Assembly: GCA_048886185.1 (NCBI GenBank)
Contig: JBHLKY010000024.1
Span: 15,062 to 47,061, forward strand
DNA from: Candidatus Hermodarchaeota archaeon
GTDB taxonomy: Archaea > Asgardarchaeota > Heimdallarchaeia > Hodarchaeales > Hodarchaeaceae
Direction: 5' to 3'
Length of the DNA: 32,000 nt
Positions 9,181 to 18,388 of this stretch are shown here, in pieces (within the stretch, counting starts at the first letter, position 1; each line of letters begins with the position of its first letter). Below the pieces are notes generated by a model that made no database searches, was not told where the DNA came from, and saw only the letters and a list, made by a program, of their open reading frames with translations. The position numbers and the translations under genes were made by a program.

Positions 9181-9537
9181 TTAAGCTTCGATTAATGCCA
9201 ATGTTTGCAGGAAATCTGTTGATTTCGATTGTTGATCCACATTTTCTACTCGATAAACAATTCCTGTTTCTCGTTGAATAACATTTGCTGTATGAGCACC
9301 TATGAATTTGGATCGAGCTGGAGCAGCCATTCCAACCCACAAAAATATCTTCCGCAATGCTTGGTTAATGAGAATATATACTTCTTTCTCCTTTAATGGA
9401 AGGGAAGAATAAGGGAGTGATTCCAATTCATCAGGATTAGTTTTAACCCAAAAGAGGTGGATATCCTCTTTTTCAGTCATTTTCTGTTTAGTATAGGGAC
9501 CTGCAACTGGTTTAACGATAGGGATTGTTGAGAACAT
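9181..9537 (-). CDS. Single-domain gelsolin-like protein
   Basis: SLPLKEKEVYILIN...KIFLWVGMAA...KFIGAHTANVI...VENVDQQSKSTDFLQTL matches the gelsolin-repeat pattern (D/E-xYIL, IxxWxG, helix, VxQ...F). GGAGG ribosome-binding site. Confidence 0.8.
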   Translation of the reverse strand: MFSTIPIVKPVAGPYTKQKMTEKEDIHLFWVKTNPDELESLPYSSLPLKEKEVYILINQALRKIFLWVGMAAPARSKFIGAHTANVIQRETGIVYRVENVDQQSKSTDFLQTLALIEA

Positions 9538-9862
9538 ATGTAGTTCCTCCAGTATTTCATACTCATTAGTAATTATGGTCTTCTTCCACGATTTATATAC
9601 TATTAGAAGATGTCCAGAATATCGTACTTATGGTCAATAACAATAGAATTTCTCCAAGACAGTAACATACGAAACTTCCCAGCAGATTGATGTGATGAAA
9701 AGTAATTCTCGATAAAATAAATATAAAATGGTTTCGTTCCCTCAATCTAATCATGTAACAAAGCTAGGGTATCCCTCATGCCCTCAAATTAATTGAAACC
9801 ATGAGTACCAAATGTTTGATGATACCTCTTACATTGATTCTTATCCTCAATAATTATTTCCT

Positions 9863-10879
9863 TCATTCCACTAAAAAAATCCTTTCTTGGGGGCGTCCTT
9901 TGCCTTTAGAGATTTTTTTAATTTGGATATGTTTTTCTGCTTCCAGAATTGCTATTGAATTATTCAGATTTTTACCACTAATTTGAAGTTGGTCAGCAAT
10001 TTCTTGTTTTGAAAGTGCCTTTTTTTCGGAAAGTAAAGCTAATATTCTTGTTGAAATGGACTTATTCGTTCGTTGTTCTTTCAAAAGCTCCCAAGCATCA
10101 TGAAAAGCACGTTTACGAATTTGATTCTTTATATTTTCTACAACATTGAAGTCTAAAAACGAGTTAAGGATCCAATCACTACCCTGTGGATTGTATTCAA
10201 TGGATATAAACCTTTTCCTATCAAGGAGGATGTTTCCGGAATGATAGATTTGATTATCAACGCTAACATAGTGTTGGGTCGGAAAATCTACAATAAAAGC
10301 CTTAATGGTCGCATCCAATTTTGGTACAATTTCTAGATCTTTTTCATGTATATATATACCAACCCATACCTTATTACGAACTTTATGATTAATGATTTCG
10401 ATATATGGAGACAAGATACGTTTAGGAATAAGGTTGACAAGAATTTCAGATTGTGCTCCTGCTAGGTGCTCCGAAAGGAATGTTGACGCTAAACAATTAT
10501 CGTGGAAGTAATAGAAGCTAATTTGTTGTTTACAAGAACCTTTAATAAATTGATTTAGATAAGTGGTTTGAGCTTTATCTAGTTCAGCTCTAATTGATCG
10601 AATTTCCTCATTACGTCTTTCAATCTGTCTCTCTGCGAGCTGTGATAAAGTATGTGCAGGATTTTGGATAGAAAAAAGTTTTGGATATTCATCTTCAAAG
10701 GTTTCAATTAAATTATACTTTTCTAATTGCTTTAAAGCTGCATAGACACCTTTAGAAGGTATATTGAGACTTTCAGCGATGGTTTTCGCTGATAATCTCC
10801 CAATATTATCAAGAAGATAATTATAAACTCTATTACTACTTGAATCAAATCCATAAGCTTCTAAATTCACAGTTGTCAT
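9863..10879 (-). CDS. TrmB-family transcriptional regulator with a second C-terminal winged helix
   Basis: N-terminal HTH (SAKTIAESLNIPSKGVYAALKQLEKYNLIE), TrmB-type linker NPAHTL and effector region, and a C-terminal wHTH (LSKQEIADQLQISGKNLNNSIAILEAEKHI...GRP). Confidence 0.82.
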   Translation of the reverse strand: MTTVNLEAYGFDSSSNRVYNYLLDNIGRLSAKTIAESLNIPSKGVYAALKQLEKYNLIETFEDEYPKLFSIQNPAHTLSQLAERQIERRNEEIRSIRAELDKAQTTYLNQFIKGSCKQQISFYYFHDNCLASTFLSEHLAGAQSEILVNLIPKRILSPYIEIINHKVRNKVWVGIYIHEKDLEIVPKLDATIKAFIVDFPTQHYVSVDNQIYHSGNILLDRKRFISIEYNPQGSDWILNSFLDFNVVENIKNQIRKRAFHDAWELLKEQRTNKSISTRILALLSEKKALSKQEIADQLQISGKNLNNSIAILEAEKHIQIKKISKGKGRPQERIFLVE

Positions 10880-10912
10880 TCGTCAAAATCCCTAGGGGCC
10901 TTTTATTTTATA

Positions 10913-10951
10913 TCTGACATAACTTTTTCACTATCTGAAAAACTTGTCAGA
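10913..10951. promoter_or_regulatory. Imperfect inverted repeat, candidate operator
   Basis: TCTGACA-TAAC-TTTTTCA / TGAAAAA-CT-TGTCAGA lies between the divergent TrmB and small-Cys genes, just upstream of a TTATATAT TATA-like box at about 10958-10965. Confidence 0.4.
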
Positions 10952-11015
10952 AAACAGTTATATATCCCAGCTCAATTTAATCACCTATAATTCAACTACT
11001 AAAGGTGAAATATGA

Positions 11016-11153
11016 ATGGCTGTATGTCGTGAATGCAAATTCTGGACTCCCATTGAAGCAGAAGATGATATAGGAGATTGTTTTGGACACAGAGTACCTG
11101 GTGATACTCCGAGTGAGAATTGCCCTACCAACAGTTTTCAACCTCGCAAATAA
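11016..11153 (+). CDS. 45-aa four-cysteine small protein, absent from the ORF track
   Basis: MAVCRECKFWTPIEAEDDIGDCFGHRVPGDTPSENCPTNSFQPRK. AGGTGA ribosome-binding site 7 nt upstream of the ATG. Cys spacing C-x2-C-x14-C-x13-C. Confidence 0.8.
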   Translation: MAVCRECKFWTPIEAEDDIGDCFGHRVPGDTPSENCPTNSFQPRK

Positions 11154-11179
11154 AGAATTTTATATGGATAGAATGCATT

Positions 11180-11617
11180 ATGGAACTGACTTCAAAAAAA
11201 ATTCTCACTCCCATAATCCTCGGGCTAATAATCTGGATATTAGCCTTTTTTCTCATTGGTTGGACTCAAATAAGTGAAGACCCAGCGATACAAGACCTCT
11301 ATATCCCAATGGTTATTCTATTTGGTATAGGAACAATAATTCTAATGATAGTCTTTTTATTGTGGTATTTTCCTTATCTAGCTCTCGATCTCGAACAAGA
11401 ATGGCTCAAAGAAAGTTTATTCTTCGGAATAGTAGTTATGGGCGTACAATATACCTTAGATATCATTGTATTCACTTTAATGAATATGGATTTGATAACA
11501 TATTTCTTTGGGATATTTCTAGGGAATCCTGATGGTTCTACGGTTATGATCATGTACCCCTTGATTCTGGTTTGGGCTGTTCTTAGTGGTTTTGTTACCA
11601 TGAGGATGAAAACCTAG
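11180..11617 (+). CDS. Small multi-pass membrane protein
   Basis: About four hydrophobic segments. The start is more likely the ATG at 11180 (MELTSKK) than 11120, because 11120 would overlap the 45-aa gene. Confidence 0.75.
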   Translation: MELTSKKILTPIILGLIIWILAFFLIGWTQISEDPAIQDLYIPMVILFGIGTIILMIVFLLWYFPYLALDLEQEWLKESLFFGIVVMGVQYTLDIIVFTLMNMDLITYFFGIFLGNPDGSTVMIMYPLILVWAVLSGFVTMRMKT

Positions 11618-12269
11618 TTTAATCTCCTTTCTTTTTCTCAACTTATATTATATCGTTCCAACCTAGGAATCGATCAGTATATCACTACATTGCTACCAGA
11701 ACTTTTACTGAAGTTGAACCAGGACTCCAGATTCATCCTCCCTCCTCGGTATTACTTGAAATAGAATTGTTCTATAAGTCAGAAGGCTGAAAGGGGGATT
11801 TGATAGATCATATGGCTATTTTATTAGCGATTACAGGATAGAATCCGACCCCCTTAACCCCTGAAACAATATTATAGGCTATTTCATTACGATACGATTA
11901 TAATCTATCCTTTTTTGATTTTCATCATGTAATGCAGTATTACAAGGATGATTAAATTCTATTTAGTTCAGATCAGGCATTTAGGTCTATTAAAGGTCTT
12001 GAGTTCATCAGTCCTCATGATTTCCTTTCAAAGCCATGAAGTGATGTTAAGGGATCAATATAGTGTAAAGTTTTCTGGGAAGACTCTTATTTCGAGTAAT
12101 AGTTTTTAATGACACTTTTTCTTTCAGTCGATCGTTTTTAATGCATTAAATATCCAAGTTTAATCAGAGATCAATTATTACTTAAATTGTCGTGCATATT
12201 ATGCCAATTGAGTCAGGTTTAAAAAGTAAAACGTGAATCTCAGCGAAAAACAATAGGAAAGAACAGAAA

Positions 12270-13463
12270 ATGTCTGCTAAAGTTTTTTATGGTTCTTTAC
12301 AACATGGAACCAATGCTAGATTCGCCACTTTTACTGCTAAAGTGGAAAAAATTGTTGAACTATTGGAATTTTCAACTATCGAAAAGCAGGATAAAGTTGC
12401 TGTCAAAATGCACCTTGGGTTTCAAGATGGCTATCAAACAGTACCAGTTTTTTTCATTCGACGTATTGTGAAAGCTATTAAACAGGCTGGGGGGTGGCCA
12501 TTTATTACTGATAATCCAACAGCAGTATATAATGCTGTTGAACGTGGCTATACGCAAGAAACTTGTGGATGTCCAATCATTCCCATTAGTGGTGTGAAAG
12601 ACGGTTATACTGTTGAGAAACGTGTTGATTACAGAAATGTAGATTCTATGGACATGGCGGGAGTATTAAACGATGCTGATGTCCTAGTTGACGTTAGTCA
12701 CATTAAAGGTCATAACTCATGTGGATTTGGAGGAGCCATCAAAAACATTGCTGTAGGAGGGTATGCTGCACAAACACGTTGGAATAAGATTCATGGTGTG
12801 GACCAGTCCATTCCTTACTGGGATGCTGACAAATGCTCTCCCGAACATGCCAAGAAACTAGTTCTTTCATGTCCTTACAAACAAATGAAATATGACGAAG
12901 AAAAACACAAATTGACAATTCCTTTTGGAATGTGTAACCAGTGTGATGAATGTTTAGAAGCGGATAAAGATGTTGGGTGTTTAGAATATCGGCAGGAGCA
13001 TTTTTCAGCTTTTCAAGAATTACTGGCAATAAGTGCAAAACAAGTTTTGGACACTTTTGATGATAATAAGAAATTCTTCATCAGCTTTTTATTGGAAATA
13101 ACTGCCTTATGTGATTGCTGGGGATTTGCTCAACCTTGTGTTGTGAATGATATTGGAGTATTAGGTAGTAGAGATATTGTAGCGATTGAAACAGCTGCCT
13201 TGGATCTCATCGCCAAAGAGGGATTAATTTTAAAGAATGTCCCACCGCATTTTAAACACGCTAATCTAGACCCGAATGTAGACCTTCATCCATTCCAACG
13301 ACTCCATGGGCGAATGAAGAACCCGTATTTAGCTGTCGAATTTGCGAAAGGACTTGGATTGGGTACACAAGACTACGAATTGATTGAGGTTCTAGCCCCA
13401 AAAGAAACAATAAAAGAGGAACCTCCAAAAGGTGTACAAGAACGGGAACCATCATTTTACTAG
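12270..13463 (+). CDS. DUF362-family Fe-S protein
   Basis: KVAVKMHLG, VSHIKGH..CGFGGAIKNIAVG, CDCW and DIVAIETAALDLI motifs, with an inserted ferredoxin-like segment (CPY...CNQCDEC). Confidence 0.85.
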   Translation: MSAKVFYGSLQHGTNARFATFTAKVEKIVELLEFSTIEKQDKVAVKMHLGFQDGYQTVPVFFIRRIVKAIKQAGGWPFITDNPTAVYNAVERGYTQETCGCPIIPISGVKDGYTVEKRVDYRNVDSMDMAGVLNDADVLVDVSHIKGHNSCGFGGAIKNIAVGGYAAQTRWNKIHGVDQSIPYWDADKCSPEHAKKLVLSCPYKQMKYDEEKHKLTIPFGMCNQCDECLEADKDVGCLEYRQEHFSAFQELLAISAKQVLDTFDDNKKFFISFLLEITALCDCWGFAQPCVVNDIGVLGSRDIVAIETAALDLIAKEGLILKNVPPHFKHANLDPNVDLHPFQRLHGRMKNPYLAVEFAKGLGLGTQDYELIEVLAPKETIKEEPPKGVQEREPSFY

Positions 13464-13526
13464 AATAAGGAGTTCCAACCCCTTTCGAAGGACGATTTAT
13501 CATCAAGAAGAAAGTAACATAAGGAG

Positions 13527-13570
13527 AGGGGGAGGGAGGAGGCCTCGTCGGGTCAAAAAAAGACTTTTTC
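13527..13570. repeat. Dispersed ~45-nt intergenic element, copy B
   Basis: AGGGGGAGGGAGG (13527-13539), stem-loop GGCC-TCGTCG-GGTC (13541-13554, one G-U pair), A7 tract, then T-rich tail. Confidence 0.55.
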
Positions 13571-13741
13571 TATTCGACAAAGCCCCATAACATGCAGGTT
13601 GTCAGTCACTGATATAGTAGCTGTTTTCCCATATTTGACACAAATTTATTTTTTCTCAGTTTTCATGAGTAAATAAGCCTAGATAGAATAACTAGGAGGA
13701 GGAATTACACAAGAGTATAGGTTTTTGGAGAGTCTTCTGCT

Positions 13742-15916
13742 ATGAGTCACAACATTCCATCTTTTCATTTTGCATACATTCCTTTGAATGTTGACCGTTC
13801 CAGTATTAATGTCTTCCAGCATACTAAAAATTCCTTTTCCTTCGAATATGCTATTTTTGACCCAAAAACCGTCCACATTCACATGTCTCCAATCAAGCGT
13901 GGCTGGTTTCGGAACCTGAGGCTTAATTCTGGCATAGCCACAATCCAACAATTTGCTACTGCCATGGGACTCCACCAGGATTTTCATAAGGTTGAATCAC
14001 CTCGGATTCCCCTCCTCTTTGACCTGTTGAGTAAGTCCTTTCAGATTGGTTCAGATGGCCCGCAATTTTTCTGTGGTGGGATCCTTGGTCGAGAAGGGGA
14101 TGCTGAACCACCTTTTCTGACAATGGATGGCTTTACAGATGACTTGCTTGAAATTCTCACGGACAACCCACAGTTTGCTTTTCTCCAATTTATCTTTAAA
14201 TCCACTAAAGTCCCCAAGAAATACCGTTCTGAAGAGGAATCAGATCGTCACATGAGTCAAATCCGTTTTGATATCCAACACGGGAAGGTTGAACGCCGTT
14301 TCCAGCCTCAACATTTGAACATCATGGAGGAAGCGGGGTGTTTTGAGTTTTCTCCGCGGATTTTAGTGATTGAATCCACTCCTGAGGCCTTGAAATCCAA
14401 ACTGGACCGGTTGTCTGTCTTATTTGTTTCCAAGGGCTTGAAAGTTTGCAAATATCCGTCTTTTATTCGTTGGTTTTCTTCATTTAAGAATCTCTGTTCA
14501 TCTCGTAAACTTGTTTCCCCAATTGTTCTTGACGGGGCTTCGTTAATGAGCTTCATTGCGCCTCCGCAACGACAATTTTCCCACGAAGGGTACACGCTGG
14601 TTCCTAACAAAGCTGACTATCTCCTCTCCACGGGTGTAACTGATGTAGCTTCTCACCATGCTATCAACCTGGGTGTTCCCATCATTAGTGGAAAAACTGC
14701 TGAGATTCCATTGTTGATTGATGGCAAAAACCTCTGTCGGCATATGGCTGTGTTTGGTATGACGGGAGAGGGGAAAAGTCGCTTCATTTATGGATTAATC
14801 AAGGAGTTTCATCAAAAAAGGGTCAATTTTCTTATTTTTGATCCAAAAGGGGAGTATTTCCCTCCTGTGAAGACCTTTTGTGATGATTTTATCTATTTAA
14901 AACCAGGTTCGTCCTCTTTCCCTTGGGGAATTAACATCTTTCAAATACCCCAGGATGCAGGGGGTCGTCCCTTGGTGCCTGTGGAAGATCATATCCAATT
15001 TGCGGTGTCTATTCTCGAACACATCTTTGATAATGAGGATGCTGTTTCTCCCCAGATGCGTCGGATGCTCCATCTTGCGGTCATTCAGACAGTGAAAGCA
15101 CAAGGTGATTTTCGGAAGTTTCTGTTTTTTTTGGATAACACGAATGAATTGGGAATGAAAGGTTCCTATTTGGAAAGTACGGCGGTGGGTATCCTGAATC
15201 GGGTGGAAAAACTCTTCTTTGGTAATACTGGTCGTTGTTTTACGGTGTCTCGAACCACTTTTGAGGTAGCGGATCTTCTTAATCGCAATGCTATCATTGA
15301 CCTCTCAGCGTTTGAAGCTATGGAGGATCAAACGGGGCGAGAGATTTTTCTCAATGTAGTCTTTCAGAATTTATATTACTTTGTCCGCACCTTTCGTGCT
15401 CCTTTTAAAGATGAATCATTACCAAAGAATGTTTTTGTCCTTGATGAGATTCAAAAACTTGCTCCTGCGAAAAATTTCCGTTCTAAATCTCCTGAGTCCA
15501 TGATCGGTCGGGGACCATGGACTTTACGTGCCTATGATATTTCTATGATTTTTATTGGCACTGAACCGATTATTGACCAACCCATGCTGACCAACACGGG
15601 CCTCTTAACTCTGTTCTTTACGAAGTTCAACCCTTTTGAAGTTGCTAACCTCTTGGGGATTGTTCGAGAAGAGTATGAACAGTTACGTCAGCTTTTGAAA
15701 GCAAAACGTGATGAGCGTCGATGTATCCTTTCTGTCAATGGACAGATTTCTCTCTTGAAGACGAACGAGTTCCACTTAGACCCAAACTTAACTATGGATT
15801 TAGAGGAGTTAGCTAATCAGCCATTTCAAAAGCAACTCAGGGAGTCTTATCATCAGTTGTATTTTGATCCTATTCATGAGATTCTCACTAAAAACTCTAC
15901 TCCGCGTCATGATTGA
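13742..15916 (+). CDS. HerA/FtsK/VirB4-superfamily ATPase (DUF87-like)
   Basis: RHMAVFGMTGEGKS (Walker A), LIFDPKGEY and VFVLDEIQKL (Walker B), preceded by a ~320-aa N-terminal region I cannot assign. Confidence 0.85.
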   Translation: MSHNIPSFHFAYIPLNVDRSSINVFQHTKNSFSFEYAIFDPKTVHIHMSPIKRGWFRNLRLNSGIATIQQFATAMGLHQDFHKVESPRIPLLFDLLSKSFQIGSDGPQFFCGGILGREGDAEPPFLTMDGFTDDLLEILTDNPQFAFLQFIFKSTKVPKKYRSEEESDRHMSQIRFDIQHGKVERRFQPQHLNIMEEAGCFEFSPRILVIESTPEALKSKLDRLSVLFVSKGLKVCKYPSFIRWFSSFKNLCSSRKLVSPIVLDGASLMSFIAPPQRQFSHEGYTLVPNKADYLLSTGVTDVASHHAINLGVPIISGKTAEIPLLIDGKNLCRHMAVFGMTGEGKSRFIYGLIKEFHQKRVNFLIFDPKGEYFPPVKTFCDDFIYLKPGSSSFPWGINIFQIPQDAGGRPLVPVEDHIQFAVSILEHIFDNEDAVSPQMRRMLHLAVIQTVKAQGDFRKFLFFLDNTNELGMKGSYLESTAVGILNRVEKLFFGNTGRCFTVSRTTFEVADLLNRNAIIDLSAFEAMEDQTGREIFLNVVFQNLYYFVRTFRAPFKDESLPKNVFVLDEIQKLAPAKNFRSKSPESMIGRGPWTLRAYDISMIFIGTEPIIDQPMLTNTGLLTLFFTKFNPFEVANLLGIVREEYEQLRQLLKAKRDERRCILSVNGQISLLKTNEFHLDPNLTMDLEELANQPFQKQLRESYHQLYFDPIHEILTKNSTPRHD

Positions 15917-16190
15917 TCTAGCATAAGAAAATAAGAAGAAAAATCGGAAAAATTTTTTCCTCCCACGAACTAGAGACTATTTCGTATAGATCTGCTCAAC
16001 TTCAGGAATGTGGATGTTTTTACTGTTTATTTGAACGTCAGATGATATTATTAATAGTTGATTCCTAAGTTTGTCTTTAAAGAGAAGTCCCGGATTTGAT
16101 TATGATCATTTCTATGACTTACTAATCGAATAGAGAAAAAATGTGCACCATTCTCTTTCTTTATTAATTCATAATTGATTGATGTAAACC

Positions 16191-17174
16191 ATGAAATTCC
16201 TTCAAAAAATGGTAAAAAATATTACTTTATTTGGTATTCTTGTTATTATCTCGGGAGTAGTTATCACAGACATCATTTTTACTTCCTCTTCTAAGAATGT
16301 ATCTTACAATGCGACTAACTCTACTGAGGGGATTCATATAACACTCTTATATAACGCGGGTGTAATGATAGAAACAGAAGACACCCGTATCTACATTGAT
16401 CCCTTTGATTTACCCTCCAGTTATTCCAATTATCCTGCTGATGCTATTCTCATCACCCATGATCATGGTGACCATTATGATCCTACGTCTATCGATCTAA
16501 TTAAAACTGATAATACGAGTTTTTACTTTCCAGCTATTATGGCCGCGGAAGCATTCCTATATGAAGCTTATTCTATAGAACCAGAGGATACTTTTATTAT
16601 TAATGATTTCAATGTGCGCTGTTTCTATATGTACACAATGCCTGGTTCACCTGACTCAAGTCATCCTCAGTCATCTAATTATGTCAGTTATATTATTGAA
16701 ATTGATGGTTTTACCATTTTTCATGCAGGTGATTCCTGGAATATTGAAGAGTACCAACAATTAACTGGTGAAATAGATCTAGTTCTTCTCCCTCTAGGTC
16801 CAGGATGTCAAACAATGACTGAGATAGATGTTGTTTTAGCAATAGAAACTATTACTCCCAGTTATTTCATACCCATTCATTACACTGAGGACGTTAAAGC
16901 AACATTTATTTTTCTATACAATGATAGGCTCGAGGATTCTGGCTGTCAATTGATAGATCTAACTTATTATGATTCATATATTTTGAATCAACCTACCACA
17001 GTAGTTGATACAACAACTGATACGACTGATAACACGTCTGTTGACACCACTGATGCTACAACAATTCCCACTGCAGCTGATAATGGATCAAATAGCCCTG
17101 GATTCTCGCTTATAGTAGCCATTTCAGCTGGAGCATTTTTAACAATCATCATAAAGAGAAAGAAAAATAAATAA
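16191..17174 (+). CDS. Surface-anchored metallo-beta-lactamase-fold hydrolase
   Basis: N-terminal hydrophobic segment, ITHDHGDH, FHAGDS and PIHY motifs, Thr/Asp-rich linker, and C-terminal SPGF + TM + KRKKNK. Confidence 0.9.
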   Translation: MKFLQKMVKNITLFGILVIISGVVITDIIFTSSSKNVSYNATNSTEGIHITLLYNAGVMIETEDTRIYIDPFDLPSSYSNYPADAILITHDHGDHYDPTSIDLIKTDNTSFYFPAIMAAEAFLYEAYSIEPEDTFIINDFNVRCFYMYTMPGSPDSSHPQSSNYVSYIIEIDGFTIFHAGDSWNIEEYQQLTGEIDLVLLPLGPGCQTMTEIDVVLAIETITPSYFIPIHYTEDVKATFIFLYNDRLEDSGCQLIDLTYYDSYILNQPTTVVDTTTDTTDNTSVDTTDATTIPTAADNGSNSPGFSLIVAISAGAFLTIIIKRKKNK

Positions 17175-17340
17175 TCCTTTAGTCTTCCAGTTTCAAAAAA
17201 AGAGAATTTTGGCTGTATTTGAGCGATTTTGGTGTTTAATCTGGGGACTATATAAGCTAATAGTTTATCAATGAATCCGATGAATCCGTTATAACATGTA
17301 ATCAGGAAGTCTTACGTTTTCTTGGAACCAACGAGTAATT

Positions 17341-18009
17341 CTACACTATTTCCTTGATAATTTCATCAGAGGCGAGAACTCGAGCGAATCCTGCCCTCAG
17401 AACTTTTAATTCCGCATCATGCATTAATGGGTCATTCGTCGATGTCACATCGCTCCCCAGCACGACTTTGAACCCTCTCTCGTACCCTTGTCGAGCAGTC
17501 ATACCACAACAATAATTTGTTAATGTTCCACATATGATGATGGTATCTTTTCCCAGATTCCGAAGAATAGTTTCTAATGGTGTGTCATAGAAAGCTCCAT
17601 AGGAAGGTTTATAGATAACAATGTCCTCTGCTAAGGGAGCAATTTCATCCCAAATGTGCCCATCCCTGAATATTGTTGGATCTTCGATTCCGAGCTCTGG
17701 ATACCGGTTTGGCATCAAATCTCCCGTGATCGGTCGATCATGGCGGAAGTGGGTATATGCTACCACAGTATAGATGATTGGAATTCCTCTTTCTCGACAG
17801 GATGTTATCAGTGTCTTAATTCGTTCAACTTGGCGTGTCGCCTCTGGAATCCAAAATGGTGTCCAGTGAGGTTTAACAAACTCCTCTTGCATGTCTACGA
17901 CAATGAGAGCACACTTATCTGCCCTTATTGTAAACTTTGCATTCCCTTCCTCGTATGCGGTTTTTGCTAAGCTCGAAATTTGAGATTCCGTGATTTCACC
18001 AAGTTTCAT
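17341..18009 (-). CDS. Isochorismatase-family cysteine hydrolase
   Basis: ALIVVDMQEEF (Asp), YKPSYGAF (Lys) and GTLTNYCC (Cys) give the catalytic triad pattern. Confidence 0.92.
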   Translation of the reverse strand: MKLGEITESQISSLAKTAYEEGNAKFTIRADKCALIVVDMQEEFVKPHWTPFWIPEATRQVERIKTLITSCRERGIPIIYTVVAYTHFRHDRPITGDLMPNRYPELGIEDPTIFRDGHIWDEIAPLAEDIVIYKPSYGAFYDTPLETILRNLGKDTIIICGTLTNYCCGMTARQGYERGFKVVLGSDVTSTNDPLMHDAELKVLRAGFARVLASDEIIKEIV

Positions 18010-18019
18010 TGGATGTACC

Positions 18020-18388
18020 TCAGATTAAAGTAGCTCTGGCCTTTTCTAGATCATCGACTCCTAATACTAATCGATTATTGGTTGCTAAGTATATTAGGTT
18101 TATGTTTACTCCACTACAGGCTATTTTGCGAGTGATTCTTCCCAATTCCCCCCGTTGATCCTTTAAATCTACTACAAGAACTTCTCGCTCCTCTATCACC
18201 ACGATATCGGCTTCTTCTAACACATGACGTGCTACAGATGTATCTTCAAGTAAAATATGAAGTTCTCTTTTTCCATCGCATCGACATCCAGTTATCCCCT
18301 CTATATTAATGTTATCTTTACTTAGAATATCTCCCATATCAGCTAAAGTTCCTGGCTGATCTTCTCCTCTTATTGTTAAATCTTTCAC
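18020..18388 (-). CDS. Tandem ACT-domain protein
   Basis: EDQPGTLADMGDILSKDNINIEGI and KDQRGELGRITRKIACSGVNINLIY are two ACT repeats. The gene ends 10 nt before the isochorismatase start, so the two are probably co-transcribed. Confidence 0.88.
   Translation of the reverse strand: MKDLTIRGEDQPGTLADMGDILSKDNINIEGITGCRCDGKRELHILLEDTSVARHVLEEADIVVIEEREVLVVDLKDQRGELGRITRKIACSGVNINLIYLATNNRLVLGVDDLEKARATLI

Noticed and set aside
13590-16100. Defined integrated-element boundaries around the HerA-like gene
   Set aside because: I found no att-like direct repeats, terminal inverted repeats, tRNA, integrase or transposase.
17271-17288. ATGAATCCG direct repeat, two copies
   Set aside because: Too short, with no flanking element; compatible with slippage or chance.
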